Positions 19,677-29,333 of a stretch of DNA of 64,000 nucleotides are shown in pieces. The position numbers were made by a program, and so were the translations under genes. Origin of the DNA: Actinomycetota bacterium. GTDB lineage: Bacteria; Actinomycetota; JAHEXW01. The stretch is taken from assembly GCA_025355855.1 (NCBI GenBank), contig JANXYU010000003.1:88713-152712 (forward strand), in the 5' to 3' direction. The notes beneath the pieces are model-generated. The model had not been told where the DNA came from. It made no database searches and was given only the letters and a program-made list of their open reading frames with translations. Within the stretch, counting starts at the first letter, position 1. Each line of letters begins with the position of its first letter.

Positions 19677-20996
19677 CTAGCGGCTATTCTTGGCGGCGAG
19701 ACGGGCCTCGGCCGCGGCGGCTTGACCCTCTTCGTACTCGGCCAACTCGGCCAATAACTCAGAGTATACACCCAAAGTGGTCAAAACGGTCTTCTTTAGG
19801 TCGAATTGTTCTTCACTGCGGCGACGGCCGGCTACGCCCATTTGCACAGCCACGTCCTTGTTCTGAAGGAGATACACGACCGCTTGGGAGATGGCCAGAG
19901 GCTTCTTGGGCGGTACTAGGAACCCGGTCTCTCGGTCAAGTAAGGCCTCTGGAATTCCCCCAGTCATGGTGGACACGACAGGTTTACCGGCGGACATAGC
20001 TTCCAGCAGGCTATAGGGCATGCCTTCCACCATGGACGGCAGAACGATCACGTCGGCCGCGGCCATGATATCGCGCGCATCATCCCGCCAACCGGTGAAT
20101 ATGACCTTCTTGTGAATGCCGAATTTTTCAGCCATGATTTCCAACTCGTGTTTCTGTGGCCCGTCGCCGATGACCATGAACTGCGCGTTAGGGAATTCGC
20201 GCAGAATATGCGTCGCTGCGGTTAACAGGTATTTGACGCCCTTTTGGTTGGTTAAGTGGCCGACCGTGACAATTAACGGTGCGGCGGCATTGAGGCTGAG
20301 CAGGTCTTTGACGTTCAGGATGCGTCGAGAGGCATTGGCGCCCGAAGACAACGGCCGGACGCCGGCGGGCACGACGACTACCTTTGATCCCTCGATCTTG
20401 CCCTTTTCCAAGATTCGCTTGCGCAGCGACTTGGATACCGCAATCACCTTGTCGACCAGGGCCGGCATATATCGTTCCGCGATGTCGAAATAGAGGTGCT
20501 TCATCCTGCCCTCGCCCTCATTCAAAATAAAATCATGCAGGGTAACCAGGGTGAGGCGCGTCTTGGCCCGCCGCGCGGCCAAGCCGGCGATAAGCCCGGC
20601 CTTATAGCCATGCGCGTGGACTAGACGGATTTCCTCGTCACGGACGATTTTGGCCAGCTTACGCGATACCGACCAGTCCTCAAAAAGAGCCAAACGATCA
20701 TCGAATTCAAGCGGGAATGTAATGATCTGGGTTTTCTTTAGATCCTCAACGACGGAACCGCGCGGTCCCGCGACATAGACGCGATAACCTTCCTTACCGA
20801 GTTTCTCGATCAACGCCAACAGATAAGCCTTTACTCCGCCCTCAAAAGCGCGAGTAATTATCAGAACCTTGGTTGACCCGTTGTTCTCGAATTCCAGTTC
20901 TACCGGGACGGCTTTCGAGTCCGTATCGTCGGCCGCGTTGCCGGCAGAGAAGAATCGTCCCATGAGGTGTTTGAATCGAGCGGCGAGATCAGTCAA
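19677..20996 (-). CDS. family-4 glycosyltransferase (GT-B, EpsD/WcaL-like)
   Basis: C-terminal GT4 signature ...IVLPSMVEGMPYSLLEAMSAGKPVVSTMTGGIPEALLDRETGFLVPP. Confidence 0.8.
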   Translation of the reverse strand: MTDLAARFKHLMGRFFSAGNAADDTDSKAVPVELEFENNGSTKVLIITRAFEGGVKAYLLALIEKLGKEGYRVYVAGPRGSVVEDLKKTQIITFPLEFDDRLALFEDWSVSRKLAKIVRDEEIRLVHAHGYKAGLIAGLAARRAKTRLTLVTLHDFILNEGEGRMKHLYFDIAERYMPALVDKVIAVSKSLRKRILEKGKIEGSKVVVVPAGVRPLSSGANASRRILNVKDLLSLNAAAPLIVTVGHLTNQKGVKYLLTAATHILREFPNAQFMVIGDGPQKHELEIMAEKFGIHKKVIFTGWRDDARDIMAAADVIVLPSMVEGMPYSLLEAMSAGKPVVSTMTGGIPEALLDRETGFLVPPKKPLAISQAVVYLLQNKDVAVQMGVAGRRRSEEQFDLKKTVLTTLGVYSELLAELAEYEEGQAAAAEARLAAKNSR

Positions 20997-20997
20997 C

Positions 20998-21447
20998 TTA
21001 ATGAGTGGCCTTCATGCGCAGCAGCTTGGCTAGGATCTCGAGACGTTTGTCCCGGTTCTCCAGCGCCTCGCAGAAACCGGTGACTCGTTCAAGTAATTCC
21101 GGTGACGGCTGGAACGAATAGACCTTGTCACCATCTTGGCTTAGACGAAGGAGTCTCCTTGATGTTAGATTTGCCAAAGCTTCACTGATATCCTCCGTCT
21201 TGCGGCCCAACCTTCCGGCTAGATCTTCGGCTGTACCGGCGGCGTCGGGATTAAAGCTGAAGAATGTTACTAGATCCCATTTAACAAAGGAATCGACATA
21301 TTCTTCGATGAATTGATTGAGTTCGTCGCCTAGGGTTTTACGGCTGTCCAAGGCATAACCTCTTTCAAGCGCCTGTCGAATTGAAAAACGCGAAATAGTT
21401 GTGCGCGGGTTCGCCATCAGCTTATCACCATGATAAGCGCGCCGCAA
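20998..21447 (-). CDS. hypothetical protein (149 aa), translationally coupled to the GT4 gene
   Basis: ORF only; no recognisable motif; stop abuts the GT4 start. Confidence 0.35.
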   Translation of the reverse strand: MRRAYHGDKLMANPRTTISRFSIRQALERGYALDSRKTLGDELNQFIEEYVDSFVKWDLVTFFSFNPDAAGTAEDLAGRLGRKTEDISEALANLTSRRLLRLSQDGDKVYSFQPSPELLERVTGFCEALENRDKRLEILAKLLRMKATH

Positions 21448-21473
21448 CAGGGCGGCAGGCGCCGGGCCACTCT

Positions 21474-22415
21474 CTAGGGGCGGTAGCCATCTCCGGTTGG
21501 TGAATAAACAGGCGCTTCCTGGACGCAGCTGCCCGGGTACGGGGCATGAATCTGCATGCCGCCGCCGACATAGATGCCGACATGCCCGTAGCCGTGGCTA
21601 TAGACCAGGTCACCGGGCTCGAGTTGTTCCCAGCTGACATTGGGAGTGTAGTCACAGGTGCGGTTAAGGGAAATGCCTATTCGGTTATAGCAGTACCAAA
21701 CTAATCCAGAACAGTCGAAACCGCCATCCGGTGAAGTACCGCCGTAGACGTAGGGTATGCCGATAAGAGCTCGGGCGATCGCGACGACGCCAGATGAAGC
21801 CGGCGGCAGTGTTCCGCCCCAGACCGATGGGCTGTCGTTACTGTTGTTGGCTCGAGTGGCCGCGACTTGGGTCGCCGCTTGTTGTTCAACCTCAGACAGA
21901 CGCGCTTTCTTTGCCGCTACCTGGTCTTCGATTGTCGCTTTGTCAGCCGCGACCTGATCGACCAAGACCGCCTGGCGCGCCCGGGCTGTCTCTAAATCTG
22001 CTTTTGTTTTCTCCATGTCGCGTTCACTGGTGGTTATCGTTTTGACCAGGCTGGCGTCGGAATTGCTGACGCGGTTCAACAGGCCGAAACGGTCCGCGAA
22101 ATCATTGATCGTCTGACTGCCGAAAATGACCTCGAGCACGTTGACGTCCCCATACTTGTATAGTCCTTTGACGCGAACGTCGAAACTGGCGCGCGCCGCG
22201 TCGAGCCCGGACTGGGCACTGGCGATCTCGGCCGACTTTTGATCAATGGCGGCCTGTGTCTGATTCAAATCGGCGTTTGCCTGGTCGTAGCGGACGATGA
22301 CATCGTTTAACTGGGCATTGACCGCGTTGACTTCCTGTTGCGCGGCCGTCTGATCCGCCGCCGGGTCGGCCAGAGCCGGAGCCGTTGTCTGCGCGAACAT
22401 AAGAGCCCCGAGCAT
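21474..22415 (-). CDS. secreted coiled-coil + NlpC/P60 peptidoglycan endopeptidase (RipA/PcsB-like architecture)
   Basis: Signal peptide, ~180 aa of heptad-like Q/A/D-rich sequence, C-terminal NlpC/P60 (ALIGIPYVYGGTSPDGGFDCSGLVWY...HVGIYVGGG). Confidence 0.75.
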   Translation of the reverse strand: MLGALMFAQTTAPALADPAADQTAAQQEVNAVNAQLNDVIVRYDQANADLNQTQAAIDQKSAEIASAQSGLDAARASFDVRVKGLYKYGDVNVLEVIFGSQTINDFADRFGLLNRVSNSDASLVKTITTSERDMEKTKADLETARARQAVLVDQVAADKATIEDQVAAKKARLSEVEQQAATQVAATRANNSNDSPSVWGGTLPPASSGVVAIARALIGIPYVYGGTSPDGGFDCSGLVWYCYNRIGISLNRTCDYTPNVSWEQLEPGDLVYSHGYGHVGIYVGGGMQIHAPYPGSCVQEAPVYSPTGDGYRP

Positions 22416-22466
22416 GCCGGTTATTAGGATTTTAGAAAATACCTTTGTCTGTCTAATGATTCTCTC

Positions 22467-23468
22467 CTAAAAATAGGTTTGGAAGCTGCCGGCCGGTACG
22501 TAGTTGCCGTTGTCCAAAAGCTCAAAATGGAGATGCAGATTGACCGATGCTATCGCTTGTCCTTCTGTTATACTAGCACCTTCTCCATAAAATGGCTCCG
22601 AGTGCGCGTAGCAGGTGATATAACCGCCGCCTTGAATGATCGTGACACCGCTGCTGCTGCCGGAACTCCAGATGACGGTCCCGGAATGAGCGGCGTAGAC
22701 GATGTCGCCCGGCCCCCCGATGTCCATCGCGTCGGCCGAACCCGAGTTGGAGTATTCATAAAGCCAGACGCCGTGACCGGAACCGCCATACTTATAGTGG
22801 TCGCTTGACTCTCCTGGCGCCAGCTGGCCCCAATCCCCGCCCGGTAATGGATTTGTCAGAGTGGCCCCGGGAGTCTTCTGATATGGCGGTGCCTGCGGCC
22901 GGTCCCGGCCGGGGTCGTCTAACGTCACCAGGTCAGCCAGGATGCTGGCTAAAACGTTTTGCTTGTCACCCAGTTGAGCGTTAATGGCGTCGCGTTGCGC
23001 GGATAGATCATTCGTAAGTTTCTGTTGCTCTTGTCTTTGCGCGGCCAGCTCGCGGGCTTTGACCTCGATGGCCTTCTTCTGAGCTTCCACCTGTTTGACT
23101 ACTACGCCATCGCGGTTACCGACGCGGCTTAACAGATCCAGTTGCTGGACTAAGTCATCGATGCTTTTACTGTTAAAGAGCACCTCAAGTGATGACACGT
23201 TGCCGCGTTTATAGATACCGGCCGCCCGCTTATTTAGGATGTGCAAAGATTTTGCCAGATCCCGGGCGCTGGCGTCCATGTCTTGTTGGTTCTGGCTCAT
23301 CTGCGCGTTCAAGTCGTCTAGACGATTTGATGCATCGCTATAGCGATTGACTGCCTCGGCCAGTTGCACGTTAAGGTTGTTGATGTCGTTTTGGGTGTTC
23401 TGCGCGTCGGAGCTGTCGGCTGCCAGGATAGCGGGAGACAAGGCTTGCCCCATAATTAGCACAGCCAA
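22467..23468 (-). CDS. secreted coiled-coil + M23 (LytM-type) peptidase
   Basis: N-terminal coiled coil paralogous to the next gene; C-terminal HxxxD/HxH-type M23 region (...YAAHSGTV...YAHSEP...LHLHFELL). Confidence 0.7.
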   Translation of the reverse strand: MAVLIMGQALSPAILAADSSDAQNTQNDINNLNVQLAEAVNRYSDASNRLDDLNAQMSQNQQDMDASARDLAKSLHILNKRAAGIYKRGNVSSLEVLFNSKSIDDLVQQLDLLSRVGNRDGVVVKQVEAQKKAIEVKARELAAQRQEQQKLTNDLSAQRDAINAQLGDKQNVLASILADLVTLDDPGRDRPQAPPYQKTPGATLTNPLPGGDWGQLAPGESSDHYKYGGSGHGVWLYEYSNSGSADAMDIGGPGDIVYAAHSGTVIWSSGSSSGVTIIQGGGYITCYAHSEPFYGEGASITEGQAIASVNLHLHFELLDNGNYVPAGSFQTYF

Positions 23469-23528
23469 ACCGAATGTGATTGTTGATGTTCTGAACGCGG
23501 AAAACCTGACGATTATCGCCCCCGTAGT

Positions 23529-24614
23529 TTAGAAGTAGCTTTGGTAATCGCCGGCGGGAACGGCCACGCCGTTGTCAAAAAGCTCAAAATGCAGGTGTTG
23601 GTACCAGCCATCATATCCATAAGCGACTGTTCCGACAATATCACCGGCTGAGACATATTGGCCTGGGTATAGCAACGGTTCCGTGTGCGCGTATAGTGTC
23701 GTAAAACCTTCGCCCTCAAGAGTTGTGACGCCGTACCGTTCGTACCCGATCGACCTGACCGTTCCGCTGTGCGCTGCGTAGACGGGGGTACCGGCTGGTG
23801 CGTCCAAATCGAACGCGTCTCCGCCCAGCCAAACGCCGTGGCCCGCGCCGCCGTGATCGCTCCACTGTCCGGGAGCCAACGGCCCGCTGCCGGTTGACCA
23901 GCAACTGCTCAGGTTCGGCAGAACGCTGTACAACGCTGCACCGCTGCGTTGATTGCCGTGGCTTGCCCGTTCTTTGGCAATCCGGTCCGCCTCGGCGGCG
24001 TCGATATTGGCGATATCGGTCAAGATGCTGGCTAAAACGTTGGTTTTGTCGGTCAACTGGGTCTCGATCGTGTCGCGTTGCTGTGCCAAAGCAGTCGTTT
24101 GCTTCTCCTGCTCTTTGTGTTGCGAGTCCAACTCTTTGGCTTTGGTCTCGACCAGCTTCTTCTGCTCGTCCACCTGCTTGACGATCAAACCATCCCGGTT
24201 ACCTACGCGCATCAGAAGGTCGAGCTGTTGAACGAAGTCGCTCATATCCTTGCTATTAAAAATCACTTCGAGCGAGGAAACGCTGCCTCGCTTGTAGATG
24301 CCGACAGCCCGCTTGTCCAATACGTCTGTCGCTTTGACCAGATCGTGAACGGTCGTCTGAAGTTCTTGTTGATTCTGATTAACCTGAAAATTGAGTTCAT
24401 CGAGCGCGGTAGAAGCAGAGTCGTATTTGCTCACGGCCTCGGCCAGCTGCACGTTTAGGTTGTTGATGTCTGTCTGAACGTTCAGCTGATCAGCGGATTT
24501 GGACGCCTTATCGGCCGCAAGGGTTGTGGTCGGCGCAAGCATAAACATCAGAAACGAAATGGCCGCTACGGCCATTGATTTTTTGAGTGTGATCTTTCTG
24601 CTCAACATATGCAT
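23529..24614 (-). CDS. secreted coiled-coil + M23 (LytM-type) peptidase
   Basis: LNVQTDINNLNVQLAEAV... coiled coil; C-terminal VYAAHSGTV...LYAHTEP...QHLHFELF. Confidence 0.75.
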   Translation of the reverse strand: MHMLSRKITLKKSMAVAAISFLMFMLAPTTTLAADKASKSADQLNVQTDINNLNVQLAEAVSKYDSASTALDELNFQVNQNQQELQTTVHDLVKATDVLDKRAVGIYKRGSVSSLEVIFNSKDMSDFVQQLDLLMRVGNRDGLIVKQVDEQKKLVETKAKELDSQHKEQEKQTTALAQQRDTIETQLTDKTNVLASILTDIANIDAAEADRIAKERASHGNQRSGAALYSVLPNLSSCWSTGSGPLAPGQWSDHGGAGHGVWLGGDAFDLDAPAGTPVYAAHSGTVRSIGYERYGVTTLEGEGFTTLYAHTEPLLYPGQYVSAGDIVGTVAYGYDGWYQHLHFELFDNGVAVPAGDYQSYF

Positions 24615-24694
24615 CTTATTATCTACGATACCATATCTAGGTCGTTCGGGGCAAACCGAGAGGGGTGCCGATCGACATACTATCCCAGCTCAGG

Positions 24695-25711
24695 CTAGTC
24701 TTCCCAGTAGCGGTTGAGCGCCGTGACGGTGGCCGCTGCAACCGCTTCCGCCGCCCCGGGGCGAACCATGATTTCAGCGTCCCGCGGGTCGGATTCGACA
24801 ACCGGTTTCACAATCACAGCCGGCATACGGGTCGCTCGGAGAATAGCTAAGTTCTTGCCCTCCACCCCATTATCGAAAAGGCGGAGCGCCGACGCGATCT
24901 CGTTTTGAATCAGGCTAGCCAGGGTTTTAGAGCGTGCGGAGAAGAATTCACCGTTATCAAAGAACTCGCAAACAGAGCCGCGTACACCGGGTTCCTCAGA
25001 GACGGCCGTCTCGAACCGCAGCAGAATATCGGCCTCCGCCTGGTTGGCCAGCGCCGCCAGCTCCCGCTCGTCTGATCCAGGTGAAGTCTCTGGCAGTTTT
25101 AGAGGCTTAGCGCCTTCGGCCGCTAGCAGGGTCGCTAGACTGGCGGCGACGTCACGGGAAAAGTCGTCTACTGCGTGATCGACAGCGATCCGTCTCTCAT
25201 GCAAGGCTCCGGCCGGCTGCATCACCGCGCGGTCCCAGACTCCGGTGATTCCGCCCGAGCTGACACGCATCTTAAAGTTGTCCAAGGCTTGCATGGTCGT
25301 GTCCCCGACGATACCGTCAGCGTCCAAACCTAAGTTGCGCTGAAAATCACGCACCGCCTTGTTTGTCTGCTTTCCCAAGACGCCGCTGACCCGACCCGCG
25401 TTAAACCCAACATTGTTTAGGGTCGCTTGGAGTTCCCGGACATCGTCGCCGCGCAACGGCGGTTCCATTAAATAGAGTTGCCGGTCGCCTAGTTTATAGC
25501 TGGCGTCGACCATTTCTCGCCACGTTTCCGGACCGATTTTGCCATCCGGCTCTTGCTCGCGTTTCTGCTGGAATAGCCGCACGGCGCGCTCGGTTTCCGG
25601 CCCAAATACGCCATCTACGCCAGGCAAGCCCAGTTCATAACCCAAGCGCAGCAAACGCGTTTGGACGTCGACAACCTCTCGCCCCCGCGAACCGATTTTC
25701 AACCAGATCAT
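24695..25711 (-). CDS. N-acetylmuramoyl-L-alanine amidase (Amidase_3) with two N-terminal PG_binding_1 repeats
   Basis: GREVVDVQTRLLRLGY...VDGVFGPETERAVRLFQ repeated twice, then the MurNAc-LAA catalytic domain. Confidence 0.8.
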   Translation of the reverse strand: MIWLKIGSRGREVVDVQTRLLRLGYELGLPGVDGVFGPETERAVRLFQQKREQEPDGKIGPETWREMVDASYKLGDRQLYLMEPPLRGDDVRELQATLNNVGFNAGRVSGVLGKQTNKAVRDFQRNLGLDADGIVGDTTMQALDNFKMRVSSGGITGVWDRAVMQPAGALHERRIAVDHAVDDFSRDVAASLATLLAAEGAKPLKLPETSPGSDERELAALANQAEADILLRFETAVSEEPGVRGSVCEFFDNGEFFSARSKTLASLIQNEIASALRLFDNGVEGKNLAILRATRMPAVIVKPVVESDPRDAEIMVRPGAAEAVAAATVTALNRYWED

Positions 25712-26448
25712 TTTCCCCGCTCCAAGTTTGTCGGCATCTCCAACCCATATTCTAACAGGCGCGGTTCATCGGTTAAAATCGCTGACGGCGGCCCGATAGC
25801 CACAAGCTCTGATTGATAGATGACAGCGACGCGGTCGGCCAGAACATACGCGGCGTTCATGTCATGCGTGGAAATCACCTTGGTTTGAGGCAGTTCTTTC
25901 AGGATGCTCAGCAGATGCCGCCTAGCGCGCGGGTCCAGATTGGCGGTTGGTTCATCCATCACCAGCACCTTGGGGTTCATCGCCAGAACCGAAGCCATAC
26001 TGACGAGCTTTTTTTCCCCAAAACTAAGGTGATGACTGAGCCGTCCCTGGAAACCGGCTAGCCCCACCAAACCCAGCGCGTCTTCGACGGCGTGGCGTAT
26101 TTCGTGTTCATCCAACCCCATATTAAGCGGACCGAACGCGACGTCATCAAAGACAGTAGGCATAAACAGCTGGTCATCCGGGTCTTGGAAAACGACGCCG
26201 ACCGCTCGGCGAATTTCGGCCAGGTTGTCGTCGGCGACAATCGAGCCAGCTATTTTTAATGTGCCCCGCGGCGCGTTTAGACCATTCAAGGCTAATAGAA
26301 GGGTCGATTTTCCGGCTCCGTTAGGACCGACGATCACCAGCGTCTCGCCCTCCCCGACAGTCAGGTTAATCCCGCGCAGCGCGATCCGCCCGTCGGGATA
26401 GGCGAAGCCAACGTCAATAAGTTCGATGGCCGGCAAGGCGCGACTCAT
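25708..26448 (-). CDS. ECF-transporter ATPase (CbiO/NikO type)
   Basis: Starts MSRALPAIELIDVGFAYPDG; Walker A GPNGAGKST, LSGG-like signature SFGEKKL, Walker B VLVMDEP. The upstream 70 codons of the track ORF overlap cbiQ and are rejected. Confidence 0.85.
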   Translation of the reverse strand: MSRALPAIELIDVGFAYPDGRIALRGINLTVGEGETLVIVGPNGAGKSTLLLALNGLNAPRGTLKIAGSIVADDNLAEIRRAVGVVFQDPDDQLFMPTVFDDVAFGPLNMGLDEHEIRHAVEDALGLVGLAGFQGRLSHHLSFGEKKLVSMASVLAMNPKVLVMDEPTANLDPRARRHLLSILKELPQTKVISTHDMNAAYVLADRVAVIYQSELVAIGPPSAILTDEPRLLEYGLEMPTNLERGK

Positions 26449-27161
26449 TGGATCGCCTGCCAAACAATGGCCGCCAAAGCCGCGGTGAAATAAGCGGCGA
26501 ACGTGGCATCGGTTCGGGTCAGAACGAAACGACGCGGCGTGTGGGCGTGACCGTGATAGCCGCGGGCCAGCATCGCCTGGTAAATACGTTCGCCTCGCTC
26601 GAATGTATTGATGAAAAGGGACCCCAATATATTGCCGGCGGCGCGCATTTGCGACCAACCACGACGCCCATAGCTGCGGGCGACGCGCGCTCGCTCTAAC
26701 TTAGCGACCTGATCTATCAACGTAAAGATATAGCGGTACATAAAGGACAAAATCGTTGTCAGTAGTTTTGGCACACCCAGACTTTCTAGGGCCTTTAGAA
26801 GTGTGGGGAAATCGGTTGTACCTGACAGGACAATCAATGCCAGCACCGACAGCCAAGATTTGGCCAGGATGTTAAAGAACACTGAAAACGGCCTAAAGAA
26901 GAGGTTGAAGAGCCCGATCATGAGGGCGAACGGGATAATTATTAGCGACCTCTTTAAAACAAACAAGAGCGGCAGCTCCGACAGAAACACTACTGAGAAT
27001 ATGAGAACGACATAGAGAAAGAAGGCCGCATACCTGTCAGGCGGCGTCAGAACGACACAGAGGATGAACGCCAGAAAACACATGGTCTTAACCCTGGGAT
27101 CGAGACGGCTGACTGTTGTATCCAGATAGCTGAACTGGTCAACGCTAGGGCTTTGCATCAT
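26445..27161 (-). CDS. ECF-transporter transmembrane (T) component CbiQ/NikQ
   Basis: Polytopic protein of CbiQ length with C-terminal ...ARGY...H region, located between the M and O components. Confidence 0.75.
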   Translation of the reverse strand: MMQSPSVDQFSYLDTTVSRLDPRVKTMCFLAFILCVVLTPPDRYAAFFLYVVLIFSVVFLSELPLLFVLKRSLIIIPFALMIGLFNLFFRPFSVFFNILAKSWLSVLALIVLSGTTDFPTLLKALESLGVPKLLTTILSFMYRYIFTLIDQVAKLERARVARSYGRRGWSQMRAAGNILGSLFINTFERGERIYQAMLARGYHGHAHTPRRFVLTRTDATFAAYFTAALAAIVWQAIQ

Positions 27162-27780
27162 ATACCAAATCCCTTCTTACACGAAGTACGAAGCCGACGA
27201 TTCCCGCCACAATCAGTCCTTCAATCGCGCCGACAAAGAGATTGGTGATCCCAAGGACCGGTAAGACTATCCTAGCCGGCGTCGCCCCGCTTGCGATCAT
27301 CTCCGCAGCGACAAAGCCGGTGGACAACAAGATGGCCAACCAGGACGCGACAAACGCGCCGCTGACAATGCCTCTGTCTCCGCTAACTAACCGGCGCCAG
27401 CCTCTATATATGTAATAACCGGCGAACGTACCGACAATTCCGATGTTGAAGACGTTCGCGCCGAGAGCTAGTAAACCGCCATCCTGCAGCAAGAGAGCTT
27501 GGACAGACATTACGGCTGTCATGACGACGACCGCCTCCCACGGCCCCAGCAATATCGCCGCGAGCACCGCGCCCACTAGGTGGACCGGCGGGCCGCCCGG
27601 GGTCGGAATATTCATCAATTGGGCGGCAAAAATGAACGCCGCCATCACGCCCATCATCGGTATCTGACGCTGGTCGACCTTCCTTGACACTTTGCGGATG
27701 GCGACCCCAACCGCCCCCGCTGTAACGACATCAAGGCTGGCCCAGATTTTGGCGTCAAGAACTCCGTCCGGCAGATGCAT
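27145..27780 (-). CDS. nickel/cobalt ECF substrate-specific component (NikM/CbiM family)
   Basis: N-terminus MHLPDGVL matches the metal-binding MHIPDG(F/Y)L start of NikM/CbiM proteins; 211 aa, polytopic. Confidence 0.75.
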   Translation of the reverse strand: MHLPDGVLDAKIWASLDVVTAGAVGVAIRKVSRKVDQRQIPMMGVMAAFIFAAQLMNIPTPGGPPVHLVGAVLAAILLGPWEAVVVMTAVMSVQALLLQDGGLLALGANVFNIGIVGTFAGYYIYRGWRRLVSGDRGIVSGAFVASWLAILLSTGFVAAEMIASGATPARIVLPVLGITNLFVGAIEGLIVAGIVGFVLRVRRDLVYDAKP

Positions 27781-27784
27781 GCCT

Positions 27785-28204
27785 CTACACCAGCTCTTTG
27801 CCGGTTGTGGTCATAGTTAGGCGGCCATGCTTAACGCCTTTCGTCCCGATCAACCGGTCGGCAGCGGCTTTGATATCCGCATTAGGACCTTTGACGATCA
27901 GTACCTCCAGGCAGTTATGGGCATCCAAATGAACGTGGACGGTGGAAATGATGGCTTCATGCAGGCTATGCTGCAGGTCGGTAAGGGTGTCTTGCAGGTC
28001 ATGGACATGATGATCATAAACTAAAGTAATCGTCCCGACCGTTTCAGCGTCGCCGCCGGCCCATTCCTCTTCAACAAGAAGATTCCGGACAAGGTCGCGA
28101 ATCGCTTCCGACCGGTTTCCGTATCCTTTAGCTTCGATGACATCATCAAACTTGGCGAGCAGATCATCGTCCATCGCCACACCGAACCGCACCGTCTTGG
28201 CCAC
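27785..28204 (-). CDS. nikR: nickel-responsive regulator NikR
   Basis: Ribbon-helix-helix N-terminus ([23 protein letters not shown]) and C-terminal His/Cys Ni site YDHHVHDLQ...[11 protein letters not shown]. Confidence 0.8.
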   Translation of the reverse strand: MAKTVRFGVAMDDDLLAKFDDVIEAKGYGNRSEAIRDLVRNLLVEEEWAGGDAETVGTITLVYDHHVHDLQDTLTDLQHSLHEAIISTVHVHLDAHNCLEVLIVKGPNADIKAAADRLIGTKGVKHGRLTMTTTGKELV

Positions 28205-28228
28205 GCCGCCACCTTTCGCCGTCTACTT

Positions 28229-28279
28229 ATCCTTGCGCCAATCGTGCATAGCACTTGCCACGTCTTGCGCCAATCGTGT
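28229..28279. promoter_or_regulatory. two direct copies of CTTGCGCCAATCGTG, 36 bp apart, upstream of nikR; candidate operator or promoter element
   Basis: Read directly at 28229..28243 and 28265..28279. Confidence 0.3.
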
Positions 28280-28397
28280 TACCGAATGGAATTATCGTAG
28301 CACGCCATTAACTCGGGGGCAAGACACGCTTTGGCACGTTAACGCGCTGAAGTTCGACCCGGATGCAGTGCTTCAATGTTTTAAGCAGTAACGTGTT

Positions 28398-28520
28398 TGC
28401 TTTAGCGCTTTAAAGCACTACAGCGCTCCAGCGTAGGGATTCGATTACTTCAGCGCTACGTAGCGGTGAAGCGTCCAACGTGACGGTTCGATTACTTCAG
28501 CGCTACGTAGCGGTGAAGTA
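28398..28520. repeat. palindromic repeat cluster: GCTTTAGCGCTTTAAAGCACTACAGCGCT followed by two tandem ~47-bp units, each containing the near-palindrome CTTCAGCGCTACGTAGCGGTGAAG
   Basis: Read directly; 24-mers at 28448..28471 and 28495..28518; lies between the cooC/acsF-like gene and nikR. Confidence 0.8.
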
Positions 28521-28548
28521 ATCGATAAGTATTTAGAGAGAGGTCATT

Positions 28549-29319
28549 CTAGACTTTTAAGGCTTGGGCGAGCTGTTTGATTGATTCGAGGGTGGCGGGG
28601 GAGGCGGCGGCAAAGGCCGAGGTGCCGTCCAGGTCGCTGCGGCGCAGGCCCGGGTCATAACCGACAAAGCCAATCAACCGGTCGGCCGGGACGCCGGCGC
28701 GGACGGCGTCTTCTTCTTCTGGGGTGCCGACTTTGTTGCCGACGAAGACTATCTTCTTTATCCCGAGGTCATTGGCCAGCTTATCGATGCGGGCGGCCAG
28801 CTGCAGACTCTTCTGCCCCGGTTCGACCACGACCAGTAACGCGTCCATGCCGCCTGTCGTGCCGCGCCCGAGATGCTCGAGGCCAGCTTCCATGTCCAGG
28901 ATAACGGTCTCGTCGCGCTCGACGATAAGATGATGCATTAGGTTTTTTAGGAGAGTGTTCTCGGGACAGGCGCAACCGGCGCCGCCCGCTTTGATCGTGC
29001 CGACCAATAATAATCGGACGCCATTATACTCGCCCCAATATTTTTCCGGGATATCGTCGACCTTGGGATTGTACTTGAAGAGTCCGGTGGGAACGCTTGG
29101 GTTGGTTGCGGTCCGCTCGTTAATCAGTTCCTGCTGCTCGGCAATCGGGACGATGCGGTCTAGAATCTCGGACGGGAAGCCTAGCCCCAGCCCCAGGTTC
29201 TGGGCCGGATCGGCGTCAACCGCAAGCACGGTCTTCCCCTCTCGCGCCACGTAAGCCGCCAATAACGATGACAACGTCGTCTTGCCGACGCCGCCTTTGC
29301 CCGAAACCCCGATCTTCAT
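28549..29319 (-). CDS. CooC/AcsF-type Ni-insertion ATPase (MinD/ParA family)
   Basis: MKIGVSGKGGVGKTTLSSLLAAY deviant Walker A; CxC motif GCACPENT typical of CooC. Confidence 0.8.
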   Translation of the reverse strand: MKIGVSGKGGVGKTTLSSLLAAYVAREGKTVLAVDADPAQNLGLGLGFPSEILDRIVPIAEQQELINERTATNPSVPTGLFKYNPKVDDIPEKYWGEYNGVRLLLVGTIKAGGAGCACPENTLLKNLMHHLIVERDETVILDMEAGLEHLGRGTTGGMDALLVVVEPGQKSLQLAARIDKLANDLGIKKIVFVGNKVGTPEEEDAVRAGVPADRLIGFVGYDPGLRRSDLDGTSAFAAASPATLESIKQLAQALKV

Positions 29320-29333
29320 AATCTAGTTAGCGC

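Noticed and set aside
26449-26658. 70-codon N-terminal extension of the ECF ATPase ORF
   Set aside because: It overlaps the cbiQ-like gene and is Arg-rich. The conserved ATPase N-terminus begins at MSRALPAIELIDVG.
28021-28254. 77-aa ORF overlapping the 5' part of nikR in another frame
   Set aside because: Out-of-frame overlap with a well-supported NikR; no motifs.
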